A stretch of DNA of 25,267 nucleotides from a virus (lineage: Duplodnaviria > Caudoviricetes), in the IMG/VR virus record IMGVR_UViG_3300020399_000007, positions 1 through 25,267 of that record, one strand, 5' to 3'. Shown here in pieces: positions 1 through 8,898 of the stretch. Below the pieces are notes generated by a model, which was not told the DNA's origin, ran no database searches, and was given only the letters and a program-made list of their open reading frames with translations. Each line of letters begins with the position of its first letter. Position 1 is the first letter of the stretch. The position numbers and the translations under genes are program-made.

Positions 1-50
1 GTAATAGGTCTAGACCCATGCGTTACAGGAAACGAGGCGTAAGGGGGTAG
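1..50 (+). CDS. 3' end of an upstream gene (partial), probably late/structural
   Basis: Frame open from the window edge (NRSRPMRYRKRGVRG) to TAG 48-50, 3 nt before the next ATG. Confidence 0.4.
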   Translation, partial: NRSRPMRYRKRGVRG

Positions 51-53
51 TTA

Positions 54-2945
54 ATGTCCATATTTGGTGAATTTCTATATGGTGCAGCTTCAGTCACATA
101 CACTTCTCCTGTTGGTACAAATGACCAAGCAGGAGTTACACACAATATCGTACTAGATAATATAGGTCTTATGACTGCAGGTGTTCCAACTCGTTCAGAT
201 ATTACCTCTGCAATACCACGTATTTCTATTGGGTCTGAACAGAGACAACATACAGACTTTTCTGAGCGAGATACGTTTGGTCAAAAAAGCTACCATCATG
301 GGTTTGGTGAAAGTGAGTTTTCTGATAGAGCAAAGTTCTATAAATCAGAAGGTCTTTGGACACTTCAACCAAACCAGTTAACTCTTGGACCTTATATAAA
401 TCAAGAAAGTACATCTGATATATTTTCTAATAACTCAGATGGCAGTAGTGCATTTCCTGATTCAGACGGATTTATTGTTGCACATGCAGAATTCCAAGGT
501 ATCTCTTATTTACTACAAGTAGGTGATGATGGTGATGATAACAAGCTATGGTACTGGAGTGAGGCTCAAGATAAGTGGCTTAAATCGGCTGCAACAGCTG
601 GTATGAGTACAAATGACGCACATCTTCCATCAGACTTACAAGAGTTTGGTGCAACTACAAACAAAAACTTGTACATTGCACAGGGTGAATCTGTCAACAT
701 GAGAAGATTTAATTCAGATTTAGCTACACATGCAGATAACGGGGTCCCCGCTAAGTTCCTTGCATCCTTTAACGGTAAGCTATGGAGATCAGATAACGTA
801 AATGAAGTATATTACTCAGCAGATCCTCATTCTGATGGTAGTGCTACATGGACAGCTCCAAATGGAATGAATGATGGGACTATTGGTGATTCTATTTATC
901 CTATTAATGGAATGGTAGTTCATAAAAGTGCGCTTTGGATTGGAAAATATGATGGCATATACCGAATCTTCAACTCAGCACAAGACACAGCCACTGAAGT
1001 ATGGCAAGTTGAAAAAGTTATAGACTTAACTCATAACATCAGTGAATTTAATGGGATCGCTATGACAAGTTTTGGTGGAGATCTTTACTTTAGTCAAGAT
1101 AGAACCCTTGGTAAATGGGATGGGTCAACTATTACATACATGGGTCCTGATAAAGGAGCTAACCCAGACCGTAATGCATACCAACAAATGTCTGTATTCG
1201 ATTCAGGTCTACCTACAGACATAAATACAGAGCCAAGATCATTTGCATCTGGTGTTGTTGGTGTTGTAAGGTCTCTTGCTAATGACGGAGAGAATCTTAT
1301 TGCTGCAGTAGATACTGGTGGAGATATAACTGGTGGTTCTGGACAAGAATCACGAGTTATGCTATGGAACGGGTCTGGTTGGCATCCTATTTACTCTACA
1401 AATGAATGGGAGTCTACTACACATGAAGCAGGAGATTACCGTACACGGTTTGTTGCATTTATAGGACGAAAAGGGAACTCTGGATATGAAAATTACCCTA
1501 ATATTATTATAGGTAATGAAGCAGTTACTAATGCTACTGAAGATGGTGTAGAAAAGAATGATCGTATTCTACGAATGTACCTATCCCGATGGGGTTCTAA
1601 TCTTATTGATGATATAAACCCTAGCACAGGAGTAAACAATATTGCATATAGGGATTCTGGATACTTGATAACTTCATGGTTTGATGGTGGATTACCTGAT
1701 GTTGAAAAAACTTTCTTTGATGTTATGGTAGCTGCTCAAGATGTTGGCTTGGGTACGGCTAATAATAATATAAAAATTGAATATCAAGTTGATGATATAG
1801 GAACAGACGATACTGGTTGGATTGAGTTACATCAGTCTACTACTGTTGGTGCTTCAGATAATGATTTAATTACAGTATCTCCAATACAAAGTGTTACTTT
1901 CCCGGATAATGGAAACCTTGACAGATCTATCTACGCAAAAAAGATTAGGTTAAAGTTTACGCTAACTCGTGCAACAACTGGAAGTGATGCTGCAAGAAAA
2001 ACTCCTATATTAAAGTCATGGGGTTACCACTTTGTTGTTCGTCCTGACTCTCGATACGGTTGGAATCTTACTATTAAATGTTATGATAACCTTATAGACT
2101 TACAACGTAGACAGGTAAGCAGACCTGCTGCTGAGCTTCGACAATACTTATATTCACTTCGTGATCAGAAGATACCTATTATACTTCATGATGGTACTGA
2201 GCTACACCAGATTAAAAACAAAGTGACTAATCCATCTATGGAGAGCCTAGTTGGAATTGAAGGATCTGCTCCTAGTGGGTACACTAGTGGTGGTGGGTTC
2301 GCTGATGCAGATGCAATATCCACAACTTCAGCTTATAGAGCGCATGGATTTAGATCCTTAAAGCTAGAACCAGATTCAGCAACAGGAGATGCAATTTGTA
2401 ATATAGGAACATTTGATCTTCTCAAGTATGACAATGTGTTTGCAGGTGCAAACATATGGGTACCAGATGGTGCGGATAGTGTGTACTTACAAGTAGTAAA
2501 GACTTCAGATAGCTCAATATTTGCAGAGGTAGAGTTCAATTCAATGACTGCTTCTGGTGAGTTTGGAGATATATACCTAGCTAACCATACTAGATGGGTA
2601 AGGAAAACGTTGTTTGCTGAGACTGTTCCTGCGGCAGCTAACTATACCTTTAGAATTATACGTAAGTCAGCAGATGCAGATAGTGCTACAGCCTTCTATG
2701 TTGATACAGTAGAGTTCTCTAACAATGGACCTAACAACTTGAAACAAACAAACTATGACTATGTTGATGGAGATCAGCTACGCTGTAAATGGTTAGGTAC
2801 ACCTCATAACTCTGAGAGTGTACGACAATCTGGGTATCAGGTATACATTACAGGTATGTCTGAATCATTACGATATCCAGAGGTTAAAGAGAGTACTACA
2901 AGCTTTGATAGTGAGGTATCTATAGCACTAAGAGAGGTATCATAG
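54..2945 (+). CDS. Large virion structural / minor tail protein (beta-propeller-like N-terminal half, inserted carbohydrate-binding-like module)
   Basis: 963 aa, G/S/T/D/W-rich with repeated propeller-like blades (FNGKLW, HKSALWIG, FGGDLYFS, DGENLIAA). The segment NKVTNPSME...FYVDTVEF...YVDGD...WLGTPHNSES resembles tail-protein carbohydrate-binding modules. Located upstream of the lysis genes. Confidence 0.7.
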   Translation: MSIFGEFLYGAASVTYTSPVGTNDQAGVTHNIVLDNIGLMTAGVPTRSDITSAIPRISIGSEQRQHTDFSERDTFGQKSYHHGFGESEFSDRAKFYKSEGLWTLQPNQLTLGPYINQESTSDIFSNNSDGSSAFPDSDGFIVAHAEFQGISYLLQVGDDGDDNKLWYWSEAQDKWLKSAATAGMSTNDAHLPSDLQEFGATTNKNLYIAQGESVNMRRFNSDLATHADNGVPAKFLASFNGKLWRSDNVNEVYYSADPHSDGSATWTAPNGMNDGTIGDSIYPINGMVVHKSALWIGKYDGIYRIFNSAQDTATEVWQVEKVIDLTHNISEFNGIAMTSFGGDLYFSQDRTLGKWDGSTITYMGPDKGANPDRNAYQQMSVFDSGLPTDINTEPRSFASGVVGVVRSLANDGENLIAAVDTGGDITGGSGQESRVMLWNGSGWHPIYSTNEWESTTHEAGDYRTRFVAFIGRKGNSGYENYPNIIIGNEAVTNATEDGVEKNDRILRMYLSRWGSNLIDDINPSTGVNNIAYRDSGYLITSWFDGGLPDVEKTFFDVMVAAQDVGLGTANNNIKIEYQVDDIGTDDTGWIELHQSTTVGASDNDLITVSPIQSVTFPDNGNLDRSIYAKKIRLKFTLTRATTGSDAARKTPILKSWGYHFVVRPDSRYGWNLTIKCYDNLIDLQRRQVSRPAAELRQYLYSLRDQKIPIILHDGTELHQIKNKVTNPSMESLVGIEGSAPSGYTSGGGFADADAISTTSAYRAHGFRSLKLEPDSATGDAICNIGTFDLLKYDNVFAGANIWVPDGADSVYLQVVKTSDSSIFAEVEFNSMTASGEFGDIYLANHTRWVRKTLFAETVPAAANYTFRIIRKSADADSATAFYVDTVEFSNNGPNNLKQTNYDYVDGDQLRCKWLGTPHNSESVRQSGYQVYITGMSESLRYPEVKESTTSFDSEVSIALREVS

Positions 2946-3472
2946 TGGGTGGTATTAAATCTATAAAAGGTCTTAGAGGTAAGAGACAAGCTTCTCAATT
3001 AGCAAAATTTCCTCGTAAGTATATACGTACAAATACTGAGACAGTCATAAGAGATCGACGTAGAAAAGCAATTGAATTCGGAGTTGATGAACTTGAGATG
3101 AGAGCTGCCCCTAAAGAAGGTACTCTATACAATGCTACGCTTCCTGAAAGAATTATTTATAAGAAGCTACAGGAGATATATAGAGGAACTTCACAGTTTA
3201 TCTTTCAGAGAGAAGAACGTGGAGGGAGGAATCTTATTGGAGGGTTTGTTATAGACTTTTTAATAGTAGATAGATCTCCTTATATAGCATTAGAAATTTT
3301 AGGAAATTACTGGCATCAAGCATATGAAAAAGAATCAGATTTAGAAAGAAGTTTAGCGGTACAAAGAGTCGGATACGCTTATCATGAGATATGGGAAAGA
3401 GACATATACATAAGCGATGAGTACGTTGAAAACTTTTTACTGAATATATTAGGACAAAAGTTACCAAACTAG
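2945..3472 (+). CDS. DUF559/Vsr-like PD-(D/E)XK endonuclease
   Basis: Motifs TLPERII, GGFVIDF, ALEILGNYWH, D.ER, EIWE match the DUF559/Vsr pattern. GTG start overlaps the upstream TAG, with GAGAGG RBS. Confidence 0.75.
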   Translation: MGGIKSIKGLRGKRQASQLAKFPRKYIRTNTETVIRDRRRKAIEFGVDELEMRAAPKEGTLYNATLPERIIYKKLQEIYRGTSQFIFQREERGGRNLIGGFVIDFLIVDRSPYIALEILGNYWHQAYEKESDLERSLAVQRVGYAYHEIWERDIYISDEYVENFLLNILGQKLPN

Positions 3473-3480
3473 GAGGAATT

Positions 3481-4170
3481 ATGTTAAATCAATACGGTAG
3501 TGCTCGCGGTTGGATGCCGGATGTAAACCACATAGGCACAACACAGTACGGGTACGCTGATGTTCCCCCTAACACTATGAAACCAATAGCTGTAGTTAAC
3601 CACATCATGCAAGGCTACGCTAGAACTATGATTGAGTGGGCCGAGACTAATAGTGTACAGAAGTCCGCGCACTTTATTGTAGATAGAGAAGGTAACATCA
3701 CACAGACAGTGAGTATATACTCACCTGCGTGGCATGCTGGTCGTACAGCTAAAGAATCATGGAAGTCTTTTCCCGGAGGTAACCCAAATAAGTATACTGT
3801 GGGTATAGAGCATGAAGGATTCAGTGTAGATCCCGGCTATGGGTATGACTTTATATACGAAGATGAGTGGCCTGAAGCTATGATGCAAGCCTCAGCTAAG
3901 ATACATCAGTGGGTACTGGGGGAACTAGGGCTTGAAGCTAGTGACCAGACGGTTATAGGACACTATGAAACTGATGCTGTTAGTCGTGCTAATGATCCCG
4001 GTCCTGCATGGAGTAGAGATACTCTGCTTAGTCTAATTCTGGGAGAGTCCAGTCATTCAGATACTGATCCAGTAGCTTGTAATTGTGACGAGAGATTAGC
4101 CACCATAGAACAGAGGCTAGACAAATTAGAAACATGGGCACGAAAAGAAGACGATAATTCATTCGACTAG
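3481..4170 (+). CDS. Endolysin, N-acetylmuramoyl-L-alanine amidase (Amidase_2)
   Basis: VVNH, SAHFIV, AWHAG, N..TVGIEHEG, IGHYE and DPGP give the His/His/Asp Zn ligands and catalytic Glu. AGGAGG RBS; short C-terminal coiled coil. Confidence 0.92.
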   Translation: MLNQYGSARGWMPDVNHIGTTQYGYADVPPNTMKPIAVVNHIMQGYARTMIEWAETNSVQKSAHFIVDREGNITQTVSIYSPAWHAGRTAKESWKSFPGGNPNKYTVGIEHEGFSVDPGYGYDFIYEDEWPEAMMQASAKIHQWVLGELGLEASDQTVIGHYETDAVSRANDPGPAWSRDTLLSLILGESSHSDTDPVACNCDERLATIEQRLDKLETWARKEDDNSFD

Positions 4171-4427
4171 TCGTCTTTAATCGAGCCGAGTTCCACCTTA
4201 TTATCTTGGTTAATAAACGATTCATAGTGTGACCCCATCCAATCTACAGGTACCTTGTCATTATCAGATAGTTTTACAAATATATCCATGCAATCTTCAC
4301 TACAAATTGCAGTGGCTTGATCGTCATCATGGCCTTTTGAGATTCTAATAGATGTCTCTTCAGGTAATGTTCCACAAAAAACACAGGGTCCTTCTACTGT
4401 ATCTAGGAATTCAACCTTTAACATCAA
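4167..4427 (-). CDS. Small putative Zn-binding protein
   Basis: CVFC and CSEDC motifs. AAGGAG RBS 4 nt before the ATG at 4424, and a - strand extended -10 just upstream. Confidence 0.65.
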   Translation of the reverse strand: MMLKVEFLDTVEGPCVFCGTLPEETSIRISKGHDDDQATAICSEDCMDIFVKLSDNDKVPVDWMGSHYESFINQDNKVELGSIKDD

Positions 4428-4432
4428 GCTCC

Positions 4433-4461
4433 TTGAAAAAGTTTTTTATATATGGTATAAT
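4433..4461 (+). promoter_or_regulatory. Sigma-70-type promoter, probably leaderless, for the metallophosphoesterase-holin unit
   Basis: TTGAAA (4433-4438), 17 bp, then TATAAT (4456-4461) preceded by TG. The ATG at 4468 lies 7 nt after the -10 and has no SD. Confidence 0.8.
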
Positions 4462-4468
4462 TATAGCA
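4460..4468 (-). promoter_or_regulatory. Overlapping divergent extended -10 promoter for the 4167-4427 gene
   Basis: The - strand reads TGcTATAAT, sharing the palindrome TATAATTATA (4456-4465) with the + promoter. Confidence 0.55.
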
Positions 4469-5256
4469 TGAAACTAGTCACATTGAAAGCTGAAAAAGAT
4501 ATTCAGCTATTTCCCATAGGGGACGTACAATATGGGCCACCTGCATGTGATATCAATGGATTCCAGCGTTGGGTAGACTATGCGATGTCGCATAAAAATC
4601 CGATGTTTATAGGTACTGGGGATTATATTGATTTAGGTAGCCCATCAAACAGGAACAGTATCATCGCTGATATAAAGAAAGGAAATCTATATGACACTAT
4701 CCAGGAAGCCTTGGATACAAAGTCAAGAGAGTTCTTAGAAGTTGTAAAAGATATACTGAAACCGACAAGAGGTAAATGGTTAGGGCTTGTAGAAGGACAC
4801 CACTATTGGGAGTACGCAGATGGTACGACAACAGATAAGGAACTTGCAGAATATCTAGGATGTGAATTCCTAGGCACTTCAGGTATCGTTACCATGAAAC
4901 TACCCAAAAAACAAAAGTGTTCTATATGGCTACATCACGGTAAGGGCGGTGGCTCTGCGATAGGTGGACCACTTACACAATTAGAAAAGATGCTACATTC
5001 TTTTGATGCAGATATATATTTAATCGGGCATCACCATAAAAAAGTAGCAACCAAAGTACAAAAGTTATATGCCGATAATCAAAAGCTATCTCATAAAGAT
5101 GTGATACTTGCGTGTACTGGCAGCTGGCTGAAGGGTTATATGCAAGACTCTGACACATATGTAGAGAAAGGTATGATGACCCCCGCCGCACTAGGCGGAA
5201 TAAAGATAGATATCAAGACGGAGAATTCGTCTATGGATATGCAGATAGTACTGTAG
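4468..5256 (+). CDS. Calcineurin-like metallophosphoesterase
   Basis: Motifs GDVQYG, GDYID, EGHH (for GNH), HHG, GHHH and TGSW. Confidence 0.88.
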   Translation: MKLVTLKAEKDIQLFPIGDVQYGPPACDINGFQRWVDYAMSHKNPMFIGTGDYIDLGSPSNRNSIIADIKKGNLYDTIQEALDTKSREFLEVVKDILKPTRGKWLGLVEGHHYWEYADGTTTDKELAEYLGCEFLGTSGIVTMKLPKKQKCSIWLHHGKGGGSAIGGPLTQLEKMLHSFDADIYLIGHHHKKVATKVQKLYADNQKLSHKDVILACTGSWLKGYMQDSDTYVEKGMMTPAALGGIKIDIKTENSSMDMQIVL

Positions 5257-5265
5257 GAGGTACAA

Positions 5266-5481
5266 ATGTTTAAGGAATCGAATTTGAAGGATTTGGGGGA
5301 ACGCTGTGCGATGACATTTATCCAAGCATTTTTGGGTATTGTCGCAGCGGGACCACTAGTAGGTATGGATGTTGAACCTATGAAAGCAGGGGCAGCAGCT
5401 GGTGTTGCAGCCGTACTGTCAGTCGTAAAGACTTACGTAGCACAGCATTCTGGTGACAAGTCAGGAAGTATAATCTCGTAA
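5266..5481 (+). CDS. Holin, r1t-like
   Basis: KDLGERCAMTFIQAFLG matches the r1t holin pattern (D..ERA..TF.Q). Two hydrophobic segments, AGGAGG RBS, close to the endolysin. Confidence 0.8.
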   Translation: MFKESNLKDLGERCAMTFIQAFLGIVAAGPLVGMDVEPMKAGAAAGVAAVLSVVKTYVAQHSGDKSGSIIS

Positions 5482-5482
5482 C

Positions 5483-5668
5483 ATGAGTGAGATAAACATT
5501 TCATCAGATGAAATGATTCTTGCATATGGAGAAGTATGCTTGCAGCGTCGTTTGGTAGAACATCAACTTGATGTTGCAAACGCAGAGATTAAACGTCTGA
5601 AGCAAGAGCTAGATTTTTATGATGATAAACTATGGAAAGAGTCTGTTACTCCATTGGATACAGACTAA
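5483..5668 (+). CDS. Small coiled-coil hypothetical protein
   Basis: 61 aa with heptad pattern (LVEHQLDVANAEIKRLKQEL). Starts 1 nt after the holin stop with an AGGA RBS; last gene of the + arm. Confidence 0.65.
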   Translation: MSEINISSDEMILAYGEVCLQRRLVEHQLDVANAEIKRLKQELDFYDDKLWKESVTPLDTD

Positions 5669-5675
5669 TCGAGCC

Positions 5676-6275
5676 TTACCATATTAAGTCGTCTATAAGT
5701 TCTCGGAACTTTACTAAGTGCGAAGTAGTGTTTGGTATTTCATCACGGGAACGAGCTAAATAAGCAGGATGATATAGGGGCATTATATATGTCGGATGTG
5801 TGGAGTCCCACCAAGCCCGACGTATGTGCCCCTGTATCTGTCCTATTCCACCTTTGTTTGGAAACTCTATAAACTTATTGGTAGAGAACCTACCGAAAGT
5901 AATAACACCCTTTGGTTTTATAAGTTGTAATTGTTGATCTAACCATGGTGCACATGTGTCAATCTCAGTCTGTTTAGGGTCAGGGTTTCCATCACCTACC
6001 CAACACTTAACCATATTAGTTATGTATGTGTCAGCTCGTGAGTACCCTGCGTTTTGTAGTAGTTGTGTCAGGAGTTGCCCAGAATAACCAATGAAGGGTT
6101 TACCTGTGCGATTCTCTTGATCTCCCGGTGCCTCTCCTATCACAACAATGTCAGCGTTTACTGGACCTTCCCCTGCTACACCAAATGTTCTATTGTTATG
6201 TAGACCACACTGGCGACAGGCTTTAATCCTATTTTCTATATCAGATAATTGGGTGGATGGGTCCTCTACGTTCAT
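5676..6275 (-). CDS. udg: Uracil-DNA glycosylase, family 4 (Fe-S)
   Basis: CRQCGLH, VIGEAPG..E...G.PFIG.SG, YITNMVKC, E...C..WL..Q and YHPAYL are family 4 motifs with four Cys. Confidence 0.92.
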   Translation of the reverse strand: MNVEDPSTQLSDIENRIKACRQCGLHNNRTFGVAGEGPVNADIVVIGEAPGDQENRTGKPFIGYSGQLLTQLLQNAGYSRADTYITNMVKCWVGDGNPDPKQTEIDTCAPWLDQQLQLIKPKGVITFGRFSTNKFIEFPNKGGIGQIQGHIRRAWWDSTHPTYIMPLYHPAYLARSRDEIPNTTSHLVKFRELIDDLIW

Positions 6276-6378
6276 ACAACGCCTTTCTATTCATTCGTGA
6301 TATCCATGCTCCGAAGTGCATGTCCCTTGGTTTACCTGCCAAGAGTTTTTGGTATTCTTTTATACTTATTTCAAACAT
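6241..6378 (-). CDS. 45-aa hypothetical protein not in the ORF track (MFEISIKEYQKLLAGKPRDMHFGAWISRMNRKALYERRGPIHPII)
   Basis: Fills the RNR-UDG gap on the coding strand, with AAGGAGGGG upstream. Confidence 0.5.
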   Translation of the reverse strand: MFEISIKEYQKLLAGKPRDMHFGAWISRMNRKALYERRGPIHPII

Positions 6379-6398
6379 TAGATAAGTGGATCCCCTCC

Positions 6399-8378
6399 TT
6401 ATATTGCACAAGCGTCGCCATCACAGTATAGGTCAGCTTGTTTGTCGCCATCACCAATAACAGATAGTGCTAGTGGTTGTAGGTTTTGTTTCTTAGCGTT
6501 GTATACCTCTTCGGTAATGCCTTCGTAGGGAGCTTGTTGGTATGTACCAGTAGGACTAAGAGGCAGGAACGCTATATCCTTTACCTTATCCTTACTCCAG
6601 TTAATCATATCGGCCAGTTGTTCTGGTCCGTATTCTTCTTTATCAAACTTAACAGTAGCACTTACAGCATTGTCTGCCCAGAATCTAGCTACGTCAGCTA
6701 TCAACTCTAGGTGTTCCATAGGCTCTACGTCTGATTCAGAACGCACACCTACACCTGCATCTACAGGGAACTCAACTACCACAGAGTTAGTAGGGTCAAT
6801 GACAGCAGGTTCTATATGATACCCTGCCGCTTGTAATCTATCTACTAGAGGACTATTGTCAGCTAGTGTGACACGTCTAATATGAAAGCGCCCTTCAACA
6901 TTATAATGTATACCGGGTGTTACACCGGCTACTAGGGACACTGTACCACTAGGCTTTACTGAGGTCCTACGGATGCTGGTGGGTACATTAAACCACTGTG
7001 AGTATATTCTGTCATAGTCACCACTCCAGTGATAGCCATGGTCCATCCAGTCCTTAAGTACTTCTCTACCATGTTCCCCCACAAATTGTGTAATACCTGT
7101 AAGTGATAGGCCAATACGTCGATTATTCCCCATGATTTCTCTAGAGGTTTCATCTTCTATATTGTTTGAGGCGAGGGTAACAGTCTTACCATATAGGTAT
7201 GCAAACTTGATAACTCTTCTGAATTCTTCCTTACTCTTTATGTGAGGTAAGTAGATTTCAACTAGCGTACACATCTCTTTGTGTCCTAAAGGCTGCTCAC
7301 CACATGGATTAAAGCCTAGCGCATGTTCGTCTGTTGTATCTATTATACCATTCATTCGTCCATAGTTGTGTACATTATCTAACCAAGCAAATCCCGGCTC
7401 ACCATTATGCCATGTACGTTCAGCTAATCTGCTAACGTCTGACTCAGGTGTTATGAACACACTGTTGTTAGATGCCCAACCATAATCAATACGCTCAGGG
7501 TACTTGTTGTAATCCTTGAGGTCGATAAAGGTTTCATCATCTTCTTGACCGAAGGCTATCTCAGCAGAGCGTCGGACATTACCTGCTATAACACAGCGTC
7601 CAATCATGTTTGCTATGTCAACAATCTCTTTAGTGCCTAGCTTTCTACCAACACAGTTATCAAGTACGGCTCGGACAGAATGATGTAGCTGCCTAAGAGG
7701 GTCAGGGCCGCTAGCAACCCCACCAAATCCATTGATAGGTTCCCCTTTAGCTCGTATCTTATTGTAATCAAATTCAATTGTAGCCATACGTGCTGATGAT
7801 ATATATGAATTAATTAGTAGTTCAACTGACTTAACCCACCCTTCTCTTGTGTCAGGAATTTCTATAATAGCTATAGTGTTTGCAGGTTTAGTTACGTGTA
7901 CGTTATCTCTACCATCTGTATCAAACCCAACCCCTACCCCTAGCATACTCATATGCATTATCCAAGAGAAGAAGGAACCTTTTTCTTTGTTAAGATACTT
8001 AGAAGAGATGAATGCACAGTTCTGTAGACACTCAGATACTCCTCTGTTCATTACAAAGTCAGTACCCATCATCCATAAGCCACGCCCGGGAGGTGACCAC
8101 TTCATCCTAAACATTAAGTCGAATGCTTCTTGTGCTGAACGCTGTGCTTTATCAGAGTTCCATGACTGAGAGGGCATGTGATCTTGTTGTACTTGATACA
8201 TACCATTGATGACACGCTCACATACGTCGTGCCATTTCTCCATGCCGTTTGTTTTAGGGTTATCAGAACGTGAATACGTCCTAAAGAACACCACTTCACC
8301 TAGTCCACTCCACCCAAAATCAGGTTGTAATTCTTTATATGTGTCTAAAAATGTTTGATTAAGGACAAAGGTATCCAT
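6399..8378 (-). CDS. nrdJ: Class II (adenosylcobalamin-dependent) ribonucleotide reductase, monomeric RTPR type
   Basis: FFRTYSR, PPGRGLW, NCAF, GVGVGF, AGNVRRSAEI, NPCGEQ, CTLVE, TSVKPSGTVS, DNAVSATV and the C-terminal CDGDAC redox pair. AAGGAGG RBS; no small-subunit gene nearby. Confidence 0.95.
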   Translation of the reverse strand: MDTFVLNQTFLDTYKELQPDFGWSGLGEVVFFRTYSRSDNPKTNGMEKWHDVCERVINGMYQVQQDHMPSQSWNSDKAQRSAQEAFDLMFRMKWSPPGRGLWMMGTDFVMNRGVSECLQNCAFISSKYLNKEKGSFFSWIMHMSMLGVGVGFDTDGRDNVHVTKPANTIAIIEIPDTREGWVKSVELLINSYISSARMATIEFDYNKIRAKGEPINGFGGVASGPDPLRQLHHSVRAVLDNCVGRKLGTKEIVDIANMIGRCVIAGNVRRSAEIAFGQEDDETFIDLKDYNKYPERIDYGWASNNSVFITPESDVSRLAERTWHNGEPGFAWLDNVHNYGRMNGIIDTTDEHALGFNPCGEQPLGHKEMCTLVEIYLPHIKSKEEFRRVIKFAYLYGKTVTLASNNIEDETSREIMGNNRRIGLSLTGITQFVGEHGREVLKDWMDHGYHWSGDYDRIYSQWFNVPTSIRRTSVKPSGTVSLVAGVTPGIHYNVEGRFHIRRVTLADNSPLVDRLQAAGYHIEPAVIDPTNSVVVEFPVDAGVGVRSESDVEPMEHLELIADVARFWADNAVSATVKFDKEEYGPEQLADMINWSKDKVKDIAFLPLSPTGTYQQAPYEGITEEVYNAKKQNLQPLALSVIGDGDKQADLYCDGDACAI

Positions 8379-8427
8379 TGCATCCTCCTTGGATGTATAA
8401 AATTTGCTAGAGATTCAGTGGGAAAAT

Positions 8428-8482
8428 ACTGATATACTAATTATATCAGTTAATTGTTTCCATTATGTTTCGGGAATGTTTC
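8428..8482 (-). promoter_or_regulatory. nrdJ promoter/operator: extended -10 inside a palindrome plus three phased direct repeats
   Basis: The - strand TGaTATAAT lies within the inverted repeat ACTGATATA-N5-TATATCAGT (8428-8450). GAAACA occurs at 8455-8460, 8466-8471 and 8477-8482 (11-bp period). Confidence 0.65.
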
Positions 8483-8494
8483 GGTAGTATTAAA

Positions 8495-8839
8495 TTAGTA
8501 GAATTTACGCAATTCTTTTTCATGTACACTTATAAAACTATCTAAGTATAAGTTAGTTACCTCACTTACACATCTTTCTATTACATTTATAGCTTCATTA
8601 CGTCGTGATGATGGGGTTTGTTCAATGATCCAATCATGTATATCAGCCATACGTACATGAAATAGCTCATGTATTATTGTCCTAGTGTACCGTTCTCTGT
8701 CAGTAACTAGACCTGGTTTAATAATGATAGTAGCATCACGGTAGTGGGGTATCCAGGAAGTAGTAGCTTCTACTCTCTTATCTCTTTCTGGTTTGGTAGG
8801 CAGTACCACACTGATTGTCCATTGAGGTTCTAGTCCCAT
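8495..8839 (-). CDS. Putative zinc metallopeptidase-like protein (HExxH); true start probably further upstream
   Basis: TIIHELFHV plus a downstream Glu. The frame stays open upstream of 8839 with protein-like sequence. Confidence 0.7.
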   Translation of the reverse strand: MGLEPQWTISVVLPTKPERDKRVEATTSWIPHYRDATIIIKPGLVTDRERYTRTIIHELFHVRMADIHDWIIEQTPSSRRNEAINVIERCVSEVTNLYLDSFISVHEKELRKFY

Positions 8840-8898
8840 CGCATCTGCGATATAATCTGTAAGGTCTTGAAACTTTTTCCAATCTTCTTTACTGATGT

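Noticed and set aside
181-5191. Short alternative-frame or antisense ORFs inside the + arm genes
   Set aside because: Nested in or largely overlapping confident CDSs, with no independent support.
5676-6275. UdgX-type covalent-trapping glycosylase
   Set aside because: The KRRIH loop is absent; motifs fit ordinary family 4.
8379-8494. Cobalamin riboswitch or NrdR boxes upstream of nrdJ
   Set aside because: The region is short and AT-rich, lacks the B12-box, and the palindrome fits the NrdR consensus poorly.
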